Positions 29,850 to 53,126 of a stretch of 64,000 nt of DNA are shown here, in pieces. Where the stretch lies: positions 6,748,193-6,812,192 of the forward strand of contig CM082595.2 in NCBI GenBank assembly GCA_040954595.2, read 5' to 3'. Within the stretch, counting starts at the first letter, position 1. Every line of letters begins with the position of its first letter. Made by a program: the position numbers and the translations under genes. This DNA comes from Balanoglossus misakiensis (Eukaryota > Animalia > Hemichordata). The notes beneath the pieces are model-generated. The model was given only the letters and a program-made list of their open reading frames with translations, made no database searches and had not been told where the DNA came from.

Positions 29850-31066
29850 ATGTTTACTCCTGTTTTAGCCGGACAGTTTACGCGCGACCGGATGGTCTTT
29901 CCCGGCTTTGTACGGAGGGACTTCAAAGAGGTGGTCGGGAATTTCGAGTGTAGAGAAGACGATGTCTTCGTGATGTCGTATCCAAGATCTGGTAGGTGGG
30001 AGAGGGCCGAGTATTTTGTCATTGAACGATAAAGCGACAATTTGACTGAAAACCACGAGGAACGTTTGTTTGGTTGAATGGTTATTTGATTGGTTGGTTG
30101 GTTGGCATAGCTAAACCCAATTTTTATATCTACTCTCCGCCATCTTTCTATGCAAATAACTTTCCCCAGAGCAGGGGTGATGTCGTGCGATAAATCTACA
30201 CAGTCTCGGCGACTGAAGCAGCATATTAATCTAACGCAGCCCTGTTCCCATCTCTCACGAACAACAGGCACAACTTGGGTCATCGAGATGGTGTCGCTGA
30301 TCCTGAACGGAGCGAACACCAAGAGCAATCGAAAAGGTCACCAGTTCTTTAGGTCGCCAGTTTTAGAAGTGGTGTACGCTGATATACAGAGGTGAGACGG
30401 GGTCCATTACTTTCAGTGAAAAATATAGTCCACCAATTCTTGATTTCAAATTCTCGATTTAATAAATTAATAATCTAAAGATGCCTTGATCCAAATGTGG
30501 CAAAAAGTTTTAAGACTTAGGTTTTCGGAGTCGAATGCCGCGTACTTTTGGTTATATCCACCGGCTATACCTTTTTGTTCTGTATATCAGCATGACGCAG
30601 TGCGCATCTTGGTAGACTTTCGGTAACGTGAATTATCACGTGGTCAGCCATGAATTGTCACGTGGTCAGCTTACATGTGTATTAACACACCCCGGATGGA
30701 AGCCTTCATCTTCACTGTTGTACTTGGACATGTCAAGGTTAAGGATGTGTGATATTGTCATGACACATTGCACTATGTATTTTGTATCTCTCTGTACATC
30801 AGATACATGTGGATTTTGCGCCTGATGATCAGGTATAAAGCGTGGTTGCCCAACTTTGTGTGGAAACACGTGGAATTCATGGAAGAGTCCGGCTTAGAAT
30901 CGGCAGACGCAGTCAAGTATCTGAAAACGATGGAATCACCGCGTGTAATCAAGTCACACTTGCCCTTCCAGTTCTTACCCAAGCAAGCCATGGAGAAGAA
31001 ATCAAAGGTACGTGTATATGGTTAGGATACGTCACGAGTAGCCGTTCAAATGTTCACCACATTTTC

Positions 31067-31115
<49 letters not shown>

Positions 31116-33214
31116 CTGTGTATAGATGTTCTCCACATGCGCGTATGTATGTGTATGTGTGTGTGTGTAAGGTCTGGCTGTATGTCTGACTGACTGACTG
31201 ACTGACTACCTCATTGATGCTGTACAAAAATCATATAGGCTAAGGCGCTTCACATCCCAAATTATAAAAATGTAATTTTCTAATAAAATTAAATAATGCC
31301 GTTTTCTATCTTTAAGCCTTAGCACGGAATAAAATAGCCGGGACATTGTTGAAATGAAAATAAACGTTGGAATTATATTGACATCAACTAGTTGCTAGAC
31401 ATGACGAAATAATCTGAAACTTAATATAATTGTAATAGTCATCGCCGTTTCTTCATCACTATAGATTGTGTACGTCTCCAGAAATCCAAAGGACACCTTA
31501 GTTTCATACTATTACTTCCACAGAAGTTGCAAAGCAATGGATCATTACGTGAATCCATGGACTGATTTTTACAAGATGTTCAAAGATAAGACACGTAGGT
31601 ACAAAGTAATATTTTCCAGGAGAACATTCAAATTCCGAAGGAGTTTTACTGTTAAAATATCGCTGGTTGTATGTGAACGTAACTTATGGGGTCTACAGCT
31701 CTTCCCACTGAAAATTGTTTTGAAATGTATCGATAAATTGTGTGGGGGTGACATTATGTTGTTTACCAGATAATGAATCAAGCCTCTACCATTGTGTCTC
31801 TCAACCACCCATACTACAAAATAATGGCCATATAAAGTGATTGTAATGCTCACTCGGACTGTACAGGAATGCCTTATTTCTTCTACAAGTTGCATAAACA
31901 GCAGCATGAAAGATGTTGAAGCGCCCTCTAACACCACTTTCATGTTTTTCCCCGATCGAGTCGTTTCAAGTCAGCGGTGGGCCATAGCCTTTTATTTCAC
32001 CCTTCCTGTTGCAGTGAATTGCACTACTATAACAAGCTTTCTTGCAAGACATATTTCCGTTAGAACAAGTCCAATACACAGTTCCGTTGCCACACACAAC
32101 AGAACACATAACCCTAAAATGCACTTTCCATACCAACAGTTGGCTATGGAGATTGGTTCGACCACGTGGTTGGCTGGTGGGAGCATAGGGACGAGGAAAA
32201 CGTCTGTTTCTTGAAATACGAAGACATCATGAAGGTAAGCTAAAGTAGGCAAAATGGATGTCCCTGTGAGACAATAGGCCATTTGCATGACCTATAACAT
32301 GTAAATGACCTATGCAAATGCCTATTGTCTTTCTCTATGGCCGCTCCGTTCACTGATCAGTTTCAAGTCTATCGCCCCCTTTGATTCAATGATTTAACTT
32401 TCCGAATTTCAGAGAAATATGACGTGGATATTTTAGAGTTACCGTCACATTTTTTCTCATTGTACGCGTTTCAGGATAGCAGAGGGACACTGCTTCGTCT
32501 GGCTAGATTTCTCGGAAAGGACCTGACAGACGAAAACGTAGAAACAATTCTCGAGTACGTTAAATTTGAGAATATGCAGGAGAATCGCGCTGTTAATCAC
32601 TGCGATGTGACTCGGAGCGAGGAACCGCCGTTTATAAGGAAAGGTTAGTTGTATCTCAAAATTACGTTGTGCTGCTTATTCGCTTTGGTCGTTTGAGGGC
32701 AGGATACTTCAACCACCTTGCATTTTGCGATATGGCATCATCATGTGGTTTCAGTTACAAAGATGGAAGTTTTTAACACCCAATATTTATAACTTTATAC
32801 ATCTTTTCACTGTTGATGAAACATTTTAGATTTCGCTTGGATTAATCTGATCTTGTTTCTAAAACATACCGTCCTCTGGATCTTCTTTGAAACTACATCA
32901 AAATCACTTCCGGTTGGTCAACTTTAAACATTACACTGTGTTAGATGACGACTCCGCGTCTTACGTCACATCCGGTTTCACCAAACATGGCGGTGAAACG
33001 TTAACTCTATTACCCAGCATTTTTGTACACCGTTATACGTGGATGGTTATCGTTGTACAGAAATTTCATCTTAATGCATTTGACCCCTTTTAATATATTT
33101 TATATAGGGATCATTGGGGATTGGAAAAACCATTACACTGTCGCACAGAATGTGGAATTTGAAGAGCTGTACGAGGAAAGGATGAGAAGCACTGGATTGA
33201 CGTACGAATGGTGA
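29850..33214 (+). CDS. Cytosolic sulfotransferase (SULT-A)
   Basis: Exons 29850-29991, 30268-30391, 30803-31007, 31465-31594, 32140-32234, 32475-32643, 33108-33214. Motifs [63 protein letters not shown]. Confidence 0.93.
31066..31120. repeat. (TCTG)n microsatellite
   Basis: Read directly. Confidence 0.9.
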
Positions 33215-33478
33215 CAGTGCCCTCTACAGTTGAGAGGAGCGGTTAGAGCATTGGAGGGCATCATAATCTATTATTATGCGACGATTTTACTGATATATCA
33301 AATTATTCGGTTGTGCAGGCGGGCTGCTCATAAATATGACTGTTGTACGTAATGGCACACATCTGTAGAGTTACGACTAGCCATAGATGAGTTTGCTTCG
33401 CTGATGTGGTTAGGTTATGAGACTGCAGACAGACTGCAGACCCTCTGCAAGCGCCTGTGCCAAATCATCGCTCCCAAT

Positions 33479-33730
33479 AGGCCCATTTCAGAACCCCACG
33501 AGACCCTGCGAGATCTTGCGTGGTTTGGTAATTCTGGATATTTCTCATGTGACACAGGAGAAACAACATAGGGCCCATCGTGTTATTAAAACGGCACAAA
33601 AGTTACAATTTTTGTTAATTAAACCTTGCACTTATTCTAGTTTCATACACCATTTGACTTGTAGTTATTGTCTAGCAACACGTTGCTACGGTAATTTAAC
33701 AAGTCTCGCGAGTTCTCGCAATTGAACTGG
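33479..33730. repeat. Interspersed repeat, diverged second copy at ~37877-38070
   Basis: Shared blocks AATTCTGGA...GACACAGGA, AAACGGCACAAAAGTTACAAT, CTAGCAACA...GCTACGGTAATTTA...TCTCGCGAG. Confidence 0.7.
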
Positions 33731-35567
33731 ACAGTTTAGGGGGTTTAAAGGATTAGGCTATATATAAAATTGAACTATTTAGCGCCAGTGGATTTTCTGT
33801 ACAATCATCGGGTTTATAATTTAGTGATACAGACACTTTAACCATGGTGGTAAATATGGGAAAAAATCAAATTAGCAGCATCTTTAATTAACATATTTAC
33901 ATAAAAATCTAAATACAACTCTTTCTTTAATTAATTATCATTTTAGTGTCATGTGTGTTGTCATTTTATATTCGCTGTGTCATGTCTCTATCTTCATGAT
34001 CGTGGCAAAGTTTGTTCTTGTACATGTATTACCTCTCCAACGTTAAAAGTGTATCACATCGACCTTGCGGTCCGATTCCTGATGGTGATTTCACCTTCCC
34101 AAAAGCAGGGCACGGCACCTCTTCACGTTTACTTGATATTTATTACGACAAGGTGACTGGTGTCAAGGGAGTAGGCTTAGTTATTGATGATTGCCTCCAC
34201 CCTCTACAAAGAACTCGTTCAACAAGGCGTGTTACTTGGGGGAGAGCAGTGTTGGCCTCTAACCTGCCTAGAAAGTGTATCACGACTTTCCCGCCAAAAC
34301 GGCCAAGGTGGAATATGTAGGCCATGACCGACAAATAAACAAAATGCATGACCTTGTCCTCGTAAATAGTTCAAAACAACTGTGACAACTAGAACAGCCT
34401 CTGAAAATGGACTATTTATAGGAGCTGGCGAACTAAATGCGGGAGTACTCAAGCGAAAATTCGGGTCACCGGAAGACCCAGCCAAAAGTACCAGCGGCAC
34501 GCATACAATATTGCATTCAACTTTTACGTGTTAATCCAGTTTCTCCATATCGCCGTTGAAGTATGTTTAGGTGACCCTAGCTACAGCGAGTTTCGACGCA
34601 TTGTAATATGCTTATGCCGCCAGACTAAAACTATTAACCCCCCAGCTCCCTCTTTGGAGATCCAATTTTACCAAAGAAAACAATGAATTTGGACTAAACC
34701 ATTGTGGTGAAAGGGATAAGACTGCCAATTATAATTGTGGTCGAGAATCTTTTGAGAAAGTGACAGAGTTATCAAGTGAACTTTATGCAGGATTACTTCA
34801 AGAAAAACAACACACCGCGCCCATGTACTCGCAAACCATCGCAGTTCTCAAGCAGTGGCGTGCATAAAGCGAGTACAATCGTTTTCAGTGAAGGAAACAA
34901 AACGCAAACAAAATATGTGGATTACACGGCGCTTGCTGGTAGCACTGATGTGTCCCCAAGTTGCTATAACAACATATTCATGGCGATTTATCAAAAACAC
35001 CCTGGACATTCAATAATAATATCAAGGTTTATATATCAGAAACCTACAACTTAACATTTCCATTTCCACTTCGTAGGACTTCATAAAATAATTATATTAT
35101 ACATACATAAAATACATTGAAAACCGATTCGATTGTTTTCTACACAACTGTAGGATTTGTTAAGAAAAGGCATTTGTGGACTTCAAGGTAAAGTCACCAT
35201 TGCTAGGATACAATGAATAAATATGCTATTAAAGTCAATGTATAAGAATAAAAAAAGTAAAACTTGTTTGTTTGTGCGAAATAATGCCAGTAAAAATCAT
35301 GTCAAAAAGTATACATATTCGTGTGTATATTATTTACGGAACATGACCTTTATATATTAATAAGAAAATCACTTGGCGAAAGTTACCGTATAAATGGGTT
35401 CCCGTTTACATAACAAGGTACAGGAAAGATTTTCACCGGGTATGTGCTAATAAATATTGTCTGTGTAATATAGCATATTCCGTGTGGTGCCTCTTTTGTC
35501 ACAGTGACTTCTTCAGGTATTGATCGAGAATTATAGCTGATTATGATAAATATGTGTGGTCTATACA

Positions 35568-37736
35568 TCACAGACGCGTGGCGGGCTCCCACTCAAAGTC
35601 AAGCCCCGACTCCGCCATCCGCTCCTTGTACATTTGGTCAAACTCAGTGTTCTGTGAGACTGTGAAATGCTTCCGCCAACCCCCAACTACACCTAGAAAA
35701 CAAAACATACAAAATTCGATCTGTTAGAATATACAGAAATTACCAGCTGAATTCTGAGATAACTCCGGAAGTTAATTTTGTGGCCATTGGTAATGTTTCT
35801 CAAGTAACAATGTTTTTTTTCAAAACACCTAGTAAATAATTTAAAACCAAATTCCATATCATATCATATCATTTCATATCATATCATATCATATCATATC
35901 ATATCATATCATATCATATCATATCATATCATATCATATCATATCATATCATATCATATCATATCATATCATATCATATCATATCATATCATATCATATC
36001 ATATCATATCATATCATATCATATCATATCATATCACATCACATCACATCACATCACATCACATCACATCACATCACATCACATCACATCACATCACATC
36101 ACATCACATCACATCACATCATATCATGCTAAATCTTTCCTACCTTTTCGTATGAATGAATTTCTTTCTTTCTTGTTTGGTTTGAACATCCTGTCCATGT
36201 TAACTGCTGGATTTGCCTTCATTTTCTCAAAGGAACAGCACTCAACAATCTTCTCAATGGTTGACTCTGTCAGGTTTACGTTTAAAAACTTAGCCATGAT
36301 CTTGACAGCTTCTTTTGGATTCTGAAGAGAGAGAAAAAAAAATGGATAACAGTCTCCCTTCCTGCCCAGATCAAACTAGTTTGACTCTGACCAGTAAAAG
36401 CTTGGTTATTTTTAGACTACTCGAAACCTATACATACATACAGACAAGGTTATGTCTGACTTTATTACATATTGATATATTAAAAATAATGTAAACATAC
36501 TTACTTTCTTTAGGTCTTCGTATTTGAGGAAAAGGACATTGTCATCATTCTGGTGTTTCCACCACCCTAACACATGATCAAACCAGTCCCCGTAGTCAAC
36601 TGATGAAATAAATTAAATACGCATAGTCTATCAGTTATCCGTCAATTGGTATAATTTCCTTGGAAAAATGGGTAAACATATACGTTGCAGGGTTCTTGGA
36701 CATTTATCCTCTGGACATTATCAACCGGACTCGTACGTAATCATTGGCCTAATCCAGTATGGAATTACTCTGTTCTAATCCTGAATGTTAGGTGGAAGAT
36801 ACACCATCTGCAGAACTTAGTGTATACGCCCCACCCCGAGACAATCAAATGTTTAGGTCATTTCAATATAAAGAAGGTGCTATAAATAACAATTCTTTTA
36901 GTTTTATTTATGTTTAAAGGGTGATGTGAACAAAAACGGTTAGCATTTTTGCTTACGTCCTAAAGCCCTACCTTGGTTGTTGATAAACATCTCAAAAAAC
37001 ATATCCCACGTTCCCTCACTGAAGCCATAGCCGGGTACCAGCTTATAAAAATGGTAGTATGATACAGCTGTATCTTTGGGATTTCTTGCAATGTAGACAA
37101 TCTGTTAAAATAAGTTTGGGATTTATACAAACTATGTGAGATGATATGGAACAAAACATACTTTATGCCAGAACATCACAACAAGGCAGAGTAACATTTT
37201 GTTATCTAGGCCTATTGTTTAAAGGGGTGTCTACTTCATGAACCATCTTACATAAAAATAAATTCTTGTTGTTCTCACAGATCACCATTTATCGAAGTAT
37301 CCACCGTTTTCGTACCAAATTTTAGTGGATCGAAAACTTATTAAAACTGAATGGTGGTTTGGTTGGTTATGTGAAACATGTCCATGTTAGGACGAGGAAA
37401 TTGACCTGCAACAGAGAAGTGGCTGTAAAGGAAGTTCCAAATCTGACTGGCAAACTTTACTCCATTATGCAAAGTCAAGGGAGGGTCTTACCTTGCATTT
37501 CTTTCGAAGGGCCTCCGCTGGAAAGAACTGATACGGCAGATGAGTTTTGAGTAAGCGGGGAGAAGGCAACGTTTCCATGTGCTTGAAGCCGTTCAGCGCC
37601 GACACTTCTCGACTTTCGGGCAACGACGACAGAACCGACTCTTTGATGAATGTGGGAACGAGCTGTTTCAGATAAGTGATGATTGTAAAGAGCCACTTCC
37701 ATCTGTATGCAATTAATGAAAAGGGGAGAAATCAGT

Positions 37737-37770
<34 letters not shown>

Positions 37771-40700
37771 TTTGTTTGTTTTTTTTTTTGTTTGTTTGTT
37801 TGTTTGTTAATACATAGAATGACATTTTGGAGGATTCAAGATTCATCAATAAATGAAAGTTGAATGTTGCTTAACCAATTCTGGACATTATCACATGACA
37901 CAGGAAAAACAATAGATGTGCCATCGTTCTAAACGGCACAAAAGTTACAATATTTTTTAAAAAACTGTACATAATTATATGTTTTTTTCGTCAAAAATTG
38001 ACTGTATTTCTTGGCTAGCAACATGTCGCTACGGTAATTTACCAAATCTCGCGAGATCTCACAATGAGTGGAAAATCCTCACAGAAGATTGCCGAATGAC
38101 TTAAGAATCGACACATTCCAACTGCCTCAACTGCCTGTAAAACTATTTGCAACGTCACTTCAAAAAGTTAATGATTAGGCTAAACCTAGAACTAACTCAA
38201 GTATGCATTGATGGTTAACCCAATTTTTTAATATTGTTCGATTTTGGTGACCTGTTACCTACTATTTTGACACAGCTTATATTTTTTGTGATTTATTGAG
38301 CCAAACACCTCTTCTCGTCCATTTATTTTTGCTACGGTATCAAGGCAAAGATAATACGACTACTGTTATGTTTGCGTATTTGTGTGCAGTGGTTATCCAT
38401 CTGCTATCCAAGGACTGAGAGAAATTCAAGGCACTGCCCATATCTAAAAGAGAAAATTCGAACAACAACAACAACAACAACAATATATAACATCATTATC
38501 AACATGGGGAATATTTGATCCATTTTAAAAATATATTTCCGTGGAAGTAAAAACAAGATGGCTATGGCACAAATATCCACCAGATTAGGTTTTTGTAACT
38601 TACTTTTCTATGGCCCCAACAAACATTTCTATCAGGGGACTTCTAGCATTCTGAGTCACGGCACGATTGGACTCTTCATTGCAATGGTTCAAAACGAGGG
38701 AAACCATTTCGGTCGTCCACGTTGTGCCTGAAGAAAGGCAAATGGCAACTAAATAACAAAATACCAATACATAATCGTCACGTGTCTACTTGTATGCAAA
38801 TGTCATTGTTAACAAAGAGTTTTTCTTACAAAATTGTATCTTTGCTAAGTGTTACAAAAATCACTTCAGTTGTTTTTAAGAAATGGACTGTCGACCGAAA
38901 TAAGACTCGGTCGCCCCATGCAGCCAGGCCTTAACGTACTCGAGTAGTCGAATCTCATTTCAATAGCAGTTTGGTAAAAGGTCGCGGAAGGAGTTAGGGC
39001 AGGTCAAATATTGCGTGCAACGGTGACCTGCTTGTGGCTGAAACATGTTTTTTGCAGATATCACAAAAATAGCTCGTTTAATTAGCTTTTTTTCCACATT
39101 TGTTGATTTTTTCTAGTAGAAATGTTGCAGTGTGTCTCAAAAATAAATGCATCTGATGAACTCAATTTGTAAAGTGTGGCAGATGTCACATCTTGACATT
39201 CTGACGACAAAATAGGATTTTTATGGGCCCGGGGGGCTTGTCTAGATAAGAAGACCTACATAAATTGGTGAGGAAAGGTTGGTCTATACCTCGTACACGT
39301 ATGCCCAATGTCCTTGTCCAACCTTGGCGTGAACCTTTGATCTGCCTACGTGCAAAAGTCAAACTCGATAATGTCTTCTTAAGGTCAGGACGAAAAATGC
39401 TGTCCTTGAATTCGCCGCGTGTACTTTTATGTTTAAGGAACCCATTTTCTCAACGAAAATATCACGTTACGTTTTCTTTTTAAGTCAGTGTTGTTGGCTT
39501 ACTTTTCCTTCACATTAATTAATTAATTGAAATGTGATATACTTTTCTTGTTCATTACCAAGTGCAATTCTACAGAAAGCAGTCTAATTGTGTTAGTTTG
39601 CATCGATCATGTTTCAATACCTTGCTCGTGGTCTGTGTTCCTTTGCCCCCCCCCCCACAACCCAAACATGGACCAATATTTTTGTTCATTCTGGCCTGAG
39701 TGAATTCATAATACATTTCTATTAAAAGGGCACTGCGTCCTACTTGTGAGCCAGGTCGACCTGAAGTGGTTACCAGCTGTCAATAATCCCGCGATGACAT
39801 ACGCGCACTTCCTAGAAGCGACATTGTATTCCATGTAAGGTAACGGTGTCTTACATTAGTACGACAGCTAAATACATGTATCTGATTTTTTAAAACGAAT
39901 TTCGTGATTTTTCTGTCGCGTCCACGGAAGGTAGAGCCCTGAATGTTGTATGAATGATTGGTGTCAAAATGAAAAATATTGGCTTAAGCAATTAAAACTT
40001 CATGTTAGTACCATGTGTCTCTTTTCTTGGTTATTTTTCTAAGGTGTTTGGGTATGGAAAGCACACACACGGCGTGATACAGTTCCACGCTTGGCGCATT
40101 GTCAGAGTAGCGTGGGCAGAATATTCCCTTGGGGATGCGTACTGTATTACTGAGATGCCGTTACTATGTCATTCTTCTCCGCGAAGGTCTCTTCTCGTAA
40201 AGTACAAAGAAAGGTCAATCACTGGCGCCGACAAGGCTACCAAGTAGTGAATGAATCAGATTGTAAAGATTTAAACGTGACCATGTACAAAAGTGTAACA
40301 CTGTGTTGACAGATATCGTCTTGGAGGTCACCTTCTGAATGCCAAGTTTCTCTCGGACCGTCCAACTGTGCTGCAACATTTACACATTCCTCTATATTTC
40401 CTCCCTTAATTTGCACTACAAAGCTGAATAGTGGGATTCTAAAAGACATTGCTTGTTCTAAGTTCTGTTTTCACCGACAAAAGCATCTTGCCGAGAGGCT
40501 AGAGATACAATTGATCAAAAGACAGGTTTGAGCATGCCATATGAGAAGTCGTGGGAACTACAAGTATTGTATAGACGAAGGACACGCCCAGGTTTCGCGT
40601 CCGTTGATGTTTTTGTTGATTGATTGATCGATCGCGATTGGTGTTATCTTGTCATATCTCTATACTGGCATATAATTAGTGTAGACAATCCTTTCTATTC

Positions 40701-42232
40701 GATAATTTATGAGTGCGATGGGTTCACGGAACAGCCTCGCACGATTACATCAGAGGCCATAACCTCGTGAAAGTTTGTGCACGATACGAGTTTGATGCTG
40801 GGCTCCCGCGAGCGAACTCCCCCCCCCCAGCGAACGACACCCCTGTAGCCAATAGGATTTTACGACAGCTACAGGCTAATCACTCGCTACCAAACACACC
40901 TCGCCTGCCGTAAGACTCTTTCTGATTGGCGGGAGGGAAATATGCAGCCGACAAATGTCCCGTGCCAACTAACCAAATGTGGAAAACTTCACACGATTTC
41001 ACCTCCAGTTATATTATGCCACACTTGCCGGAGTTTAGCATTGATAAGCCGCAAATCAAGCAGAAAACAACTTTCAAAGCAAAATGGCCTGTATATGCCG
41101 TTCGCATGCACGCCAAGGTGTGCCCTTCCCCCGCGCAGTAACTGTATCACTCAAAAACTCATGTTAACAAAACTGAAATCTTGTAACAGGTTTTTATAGA
41201 TAATAAAAGTTAATTTATCTCGAATAAATCATTACGTCGGTCAAGTTCCCCCAGTTTTGCGTCGTTGGGGGGACGGGGAAAACGTGTGTTCCAGCAAGTA
41301 CGCTCGATTAGAAATAACTTTCATTTCTTACGCGATACACAACTTCTTTCTGTTGAAGATGACCACCGATTGGCCTTGACCGCAAAGCATCGTCTTTTCA
41401 GTATCCTATTTCCGAATTTAAATTGAATGAGAGTCGCTGAATAAAGCAGCGAGTGGTGATCCAGTTTTCTGATCCTGGCCTACAAAGTTCGCAACAAACA
41501 TGCAGCGTCCGTGGCCTCTCACTTTCCAGGAAAACCTCCGCGGTACATAAACAGCCCCCGATGGTTGGCCATTGCGTTTCACACAAGCACGCGGAAAGCG
41601 CGCGCGTATTTTACATAAGCTAGATCGGACTCCGAGAGACACGAATGACCAACTTTCTGCCGTAACAAATGCGTTTCATGCTCTGAAATTTTTTTGGCAG
41701 TGGTTCAAGGAAGTAATGCTGTGCGTTCATCAGTGAAAATGGGGCCGATTCAAGCGGGAAGCCGCTGTCCCTTGATCGGTGTTAGTCCGAAGGGTGTCAG
41801 AATAGAAAATGACACACAACATGCATTTTTGTGAGATTTTTGCTTGTCACACAAAGAAACCGTCACAGTATGGAGACAGTATTGCTCATGGAAAACTTAC
41901 TTAAACTTCAGCTTGGTGAGAATGATTCTTTTTCAGTAACATGCAAACGTGCTGTACCGAAACTTGCAACAGGGAACCCTATTCTGTATCGAACGAATGT
42001 TTCAATTTCGTTCGGCATAAAGAAAACAATTCAAAAGTAAACTTTCAGAAGTCCCGTTTTGAAAACATCACTCACCCGATTTCGGATAGGTAACGACGAA
42101 AACGTCATTTTTTCGGCACTGAACAAGTTCCTGGGACTCCAGAAGTCGGCGATTGACGAACGATGTGAAGGGAATTCCTTTGAAGAGGAATTGGCCAGGT
42201 GTACTGAAGAGTACTTCTTTTCCGGCGCTCAT
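35568..42232 (-). CDS. Cytosolic sulfotransferase (SULT-B)
   Basis: Exons 42232-42076, 38727-38604, 37702-37492, 37101-36972, 36599-36505, 36321-36144, 35692-35568. Motifs [66 protein letters not shown]. Largely missed by the ORF track. Confidence 0.92.
35856..36126. repeat. (ATATC)n then (ACATC)n pentanucleotide microsatellite
   Basis: Read directly; fills most of the last intron of SULT-B. Confidence 0.97.
37740..37808. repeat. (GT)n/(GTTT)n microsatellite
   Basis: Read directly. Confidence 0.9.
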
Positions 42233-44703
42233 GGTTCCCTTGTCGCTACGATGGCGTTACAGTGGGTATCTCTTTCTCAGTTTGGAAAGATGTGTACGGG
42301 CAAACCCCGGCGTTCTCCTTAGTACAAGTTTGAATCCAGGGGGGTCCACGCTGTTGGCTAAACGATTTTTATCTCACCTTAATCATGAGTTAACGGACTA
42401 CCTAACTTATCGAATCGCACCCACTTGAAAATACCAAACATCGAATTTTGGAGATCGCCCACGACTTGTTGTAAGTGATTGACACGATGACGTCGCAATC
42501 AGCCAACCTGGATGTATTTCGTGAGAATGTAAATTTACATACATTTTGATAGAACACCCCTAGCATGGGGAGGGGGCGTAGAAATACAGTTTACCCATGA
42601 TTCAATAATTTGTTGTGATCACGCAGCTGGGAAATGTGTATCACACCGCCTTAACTTCGTGTTCTTTTTGCGACCTATGGGGTCATTTCGATTGAAGTAT
42701 TCTTAGAAGAAAAAAGGCCCCTTTCAGATTTTTGCATGCGTTCCCAAATTCAAGCTTTAGGGTTTGGTACTATAGCACCTAACTTCTTGAATGCAATCCT
42801 TTTCTACCCCAAAATAGAGTTGACGTTGAATTTTCTTGATATCGCATCAACTTGAAAAAAAATACATTAATTAGGCCTACTCAAGATAGCCTTCAGCTGC
42901 ACCCTTTATAACCCTGAATAACGATATTTCTGATTTATCCAATCACGGTTTCTGTAAAAGTTAAATGAAAATCGCCGGATCTCTGCATGTTTCGCACGAA
43001 AGGTTGACAAACTTTTCGATGATAGGACAGCGCATGCTCAATTGCTTCGATGAAGTGAGTGGGCGCGCACTGTAAACTTTGCCAGATTGTCGGACCCCAT
43101 CCGTCTTTCGGGCTTTCATTTTATGATGGGGGTTGACACTTTACTCCTCGATTACGTTACTCGAGAAAGGTTGACGAACTTTTCCTAGTTAAAGTTGCTG
43201 CGCATGCTCAAAGTGTGTGGACGCGCACTGTCAGCAGTCAACTTGAACTTTGCCAAAATCTCAAACACCGTCCGTCTTTGGGCCTTTCGTTTATGGTGGG
43301 GTTATTCCTATACGGACGAATTCGTTTGCTGAGCTGCGCGATGTATCTAAAGTGTCTGTATGCATGGAACATTAAATTTGAATTCCAGAAAAGTCGTTAA
43401 GCCAGGACTAATTGTCAGCTTTATCCCGAAAAAAAAACACTGGAGATTGTGTTAGGCCCACATCTCACGTTAGTGTGCAACTCGCAACCGAAGCGAAGAC
43501 AGCGTCTTACAGACGCGTTCTTCCTCGGAGAAGTTGGCACTTGATCTGAGCGCTCAACTGTTGTGACGCGCGGCGTTATCTTAAACGCAGATCCACTACC
43601 ACGATCATGACAGTCACATGACATACACTTGAAAAAACTATATCATCAGTTCACACGAAATTTCAAAATGTGGGGCACGTTAACACCCTGTTTGTGAGTC
43701 AAATGTTAATCCTCTACAACATTTAATCCGGTACGACAGCCTGCGTCACTCGTCATTGTTATAATTAAGGAGAAAAAAACACATCACGTGACTTATATAG
43801 AACAGCTGAAGCCATAATTTAACATTTCTAGCACACTCTATCATCGCCAAGCTATTTCGTTATACAAATATTTTGCTGCACTACTTCAAGAACCACCTTT
43901 GTATATCACCCAGAAATCAGGTCACACCAAAAAGATCGACGAACTTTTTTTTACGCGTAGCCCATTTGTCAAACCCTAACGACGTAGCCAAGCACTGCAC
44001 CAAATGTGGGGCGCTGATATTGTGTTAAAGATTAAGTGGCTCTTGATATTTTTCCTTGATTTCTTCCGGGTTTAATTATGGACGTCTCCATCCACCCACC
44101 ATGCATTACAGGTGTTAATGTTACGGTCGAGACTCAAAAGAAAGAATCATATACCAGGTTCACACACGAAAATATTTGAGACACTATTTGCCTATGGTAA
44201 ACAGAGAGCATTATGTATAGGCGCTGAGGCTCAGTCCCATAGTCAATGGGTTGCGGAGAGGTGTTAATCCTTACACCGGCTCAGGTCTGGCCGGCAAAGC
44301 CGTCTCAAATCTGAGCCGTTTCAGGACCACTTACACCGTCCACACATGTTCTTTTTAAGACGGATTCTAATCTGAGACGCTTCAGGACCGTTTAATGGTG
44401 CCTGTGTGATCCCATATCAGTCACCATGAGCTGATTCCAATCTTCCACAGCCACTGAATTGTCGACACCATATATGCAAGGGAGAGATGGTATCCTTATG
44501 ATTCTTCACTTAAAATGCATTTTGCATATGGCAAAGTATGCAAAATCTCGTTTTGGCACTGTAAAAATTAAAAGTAAATCATGATTCGCTACAGGACGGC
44601 TGAGCAAAAGTTGTTACTGTTGATGATTGTCATTATCTCTTTAAAGAAGGAAACTGGTGCAATTACTGGATTCATTGGCTGCTAACATTATCCACCGATA
44701 ATT

Positions 44704-53126
<8,423 letters not shown>

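Noticed and set aside
33953-34500. Cluster of short ORFs between SULT-A and SULT-B
   Set aside because: No recognisable domain or splice-consistent model; possibly a TE remnant.
40002-40600. Short ORFs in SULT-B intron 1 as an alternative first exon
   Set aside because: They lack the YPKSG motif; the true exon 1 is at 42232-42076.
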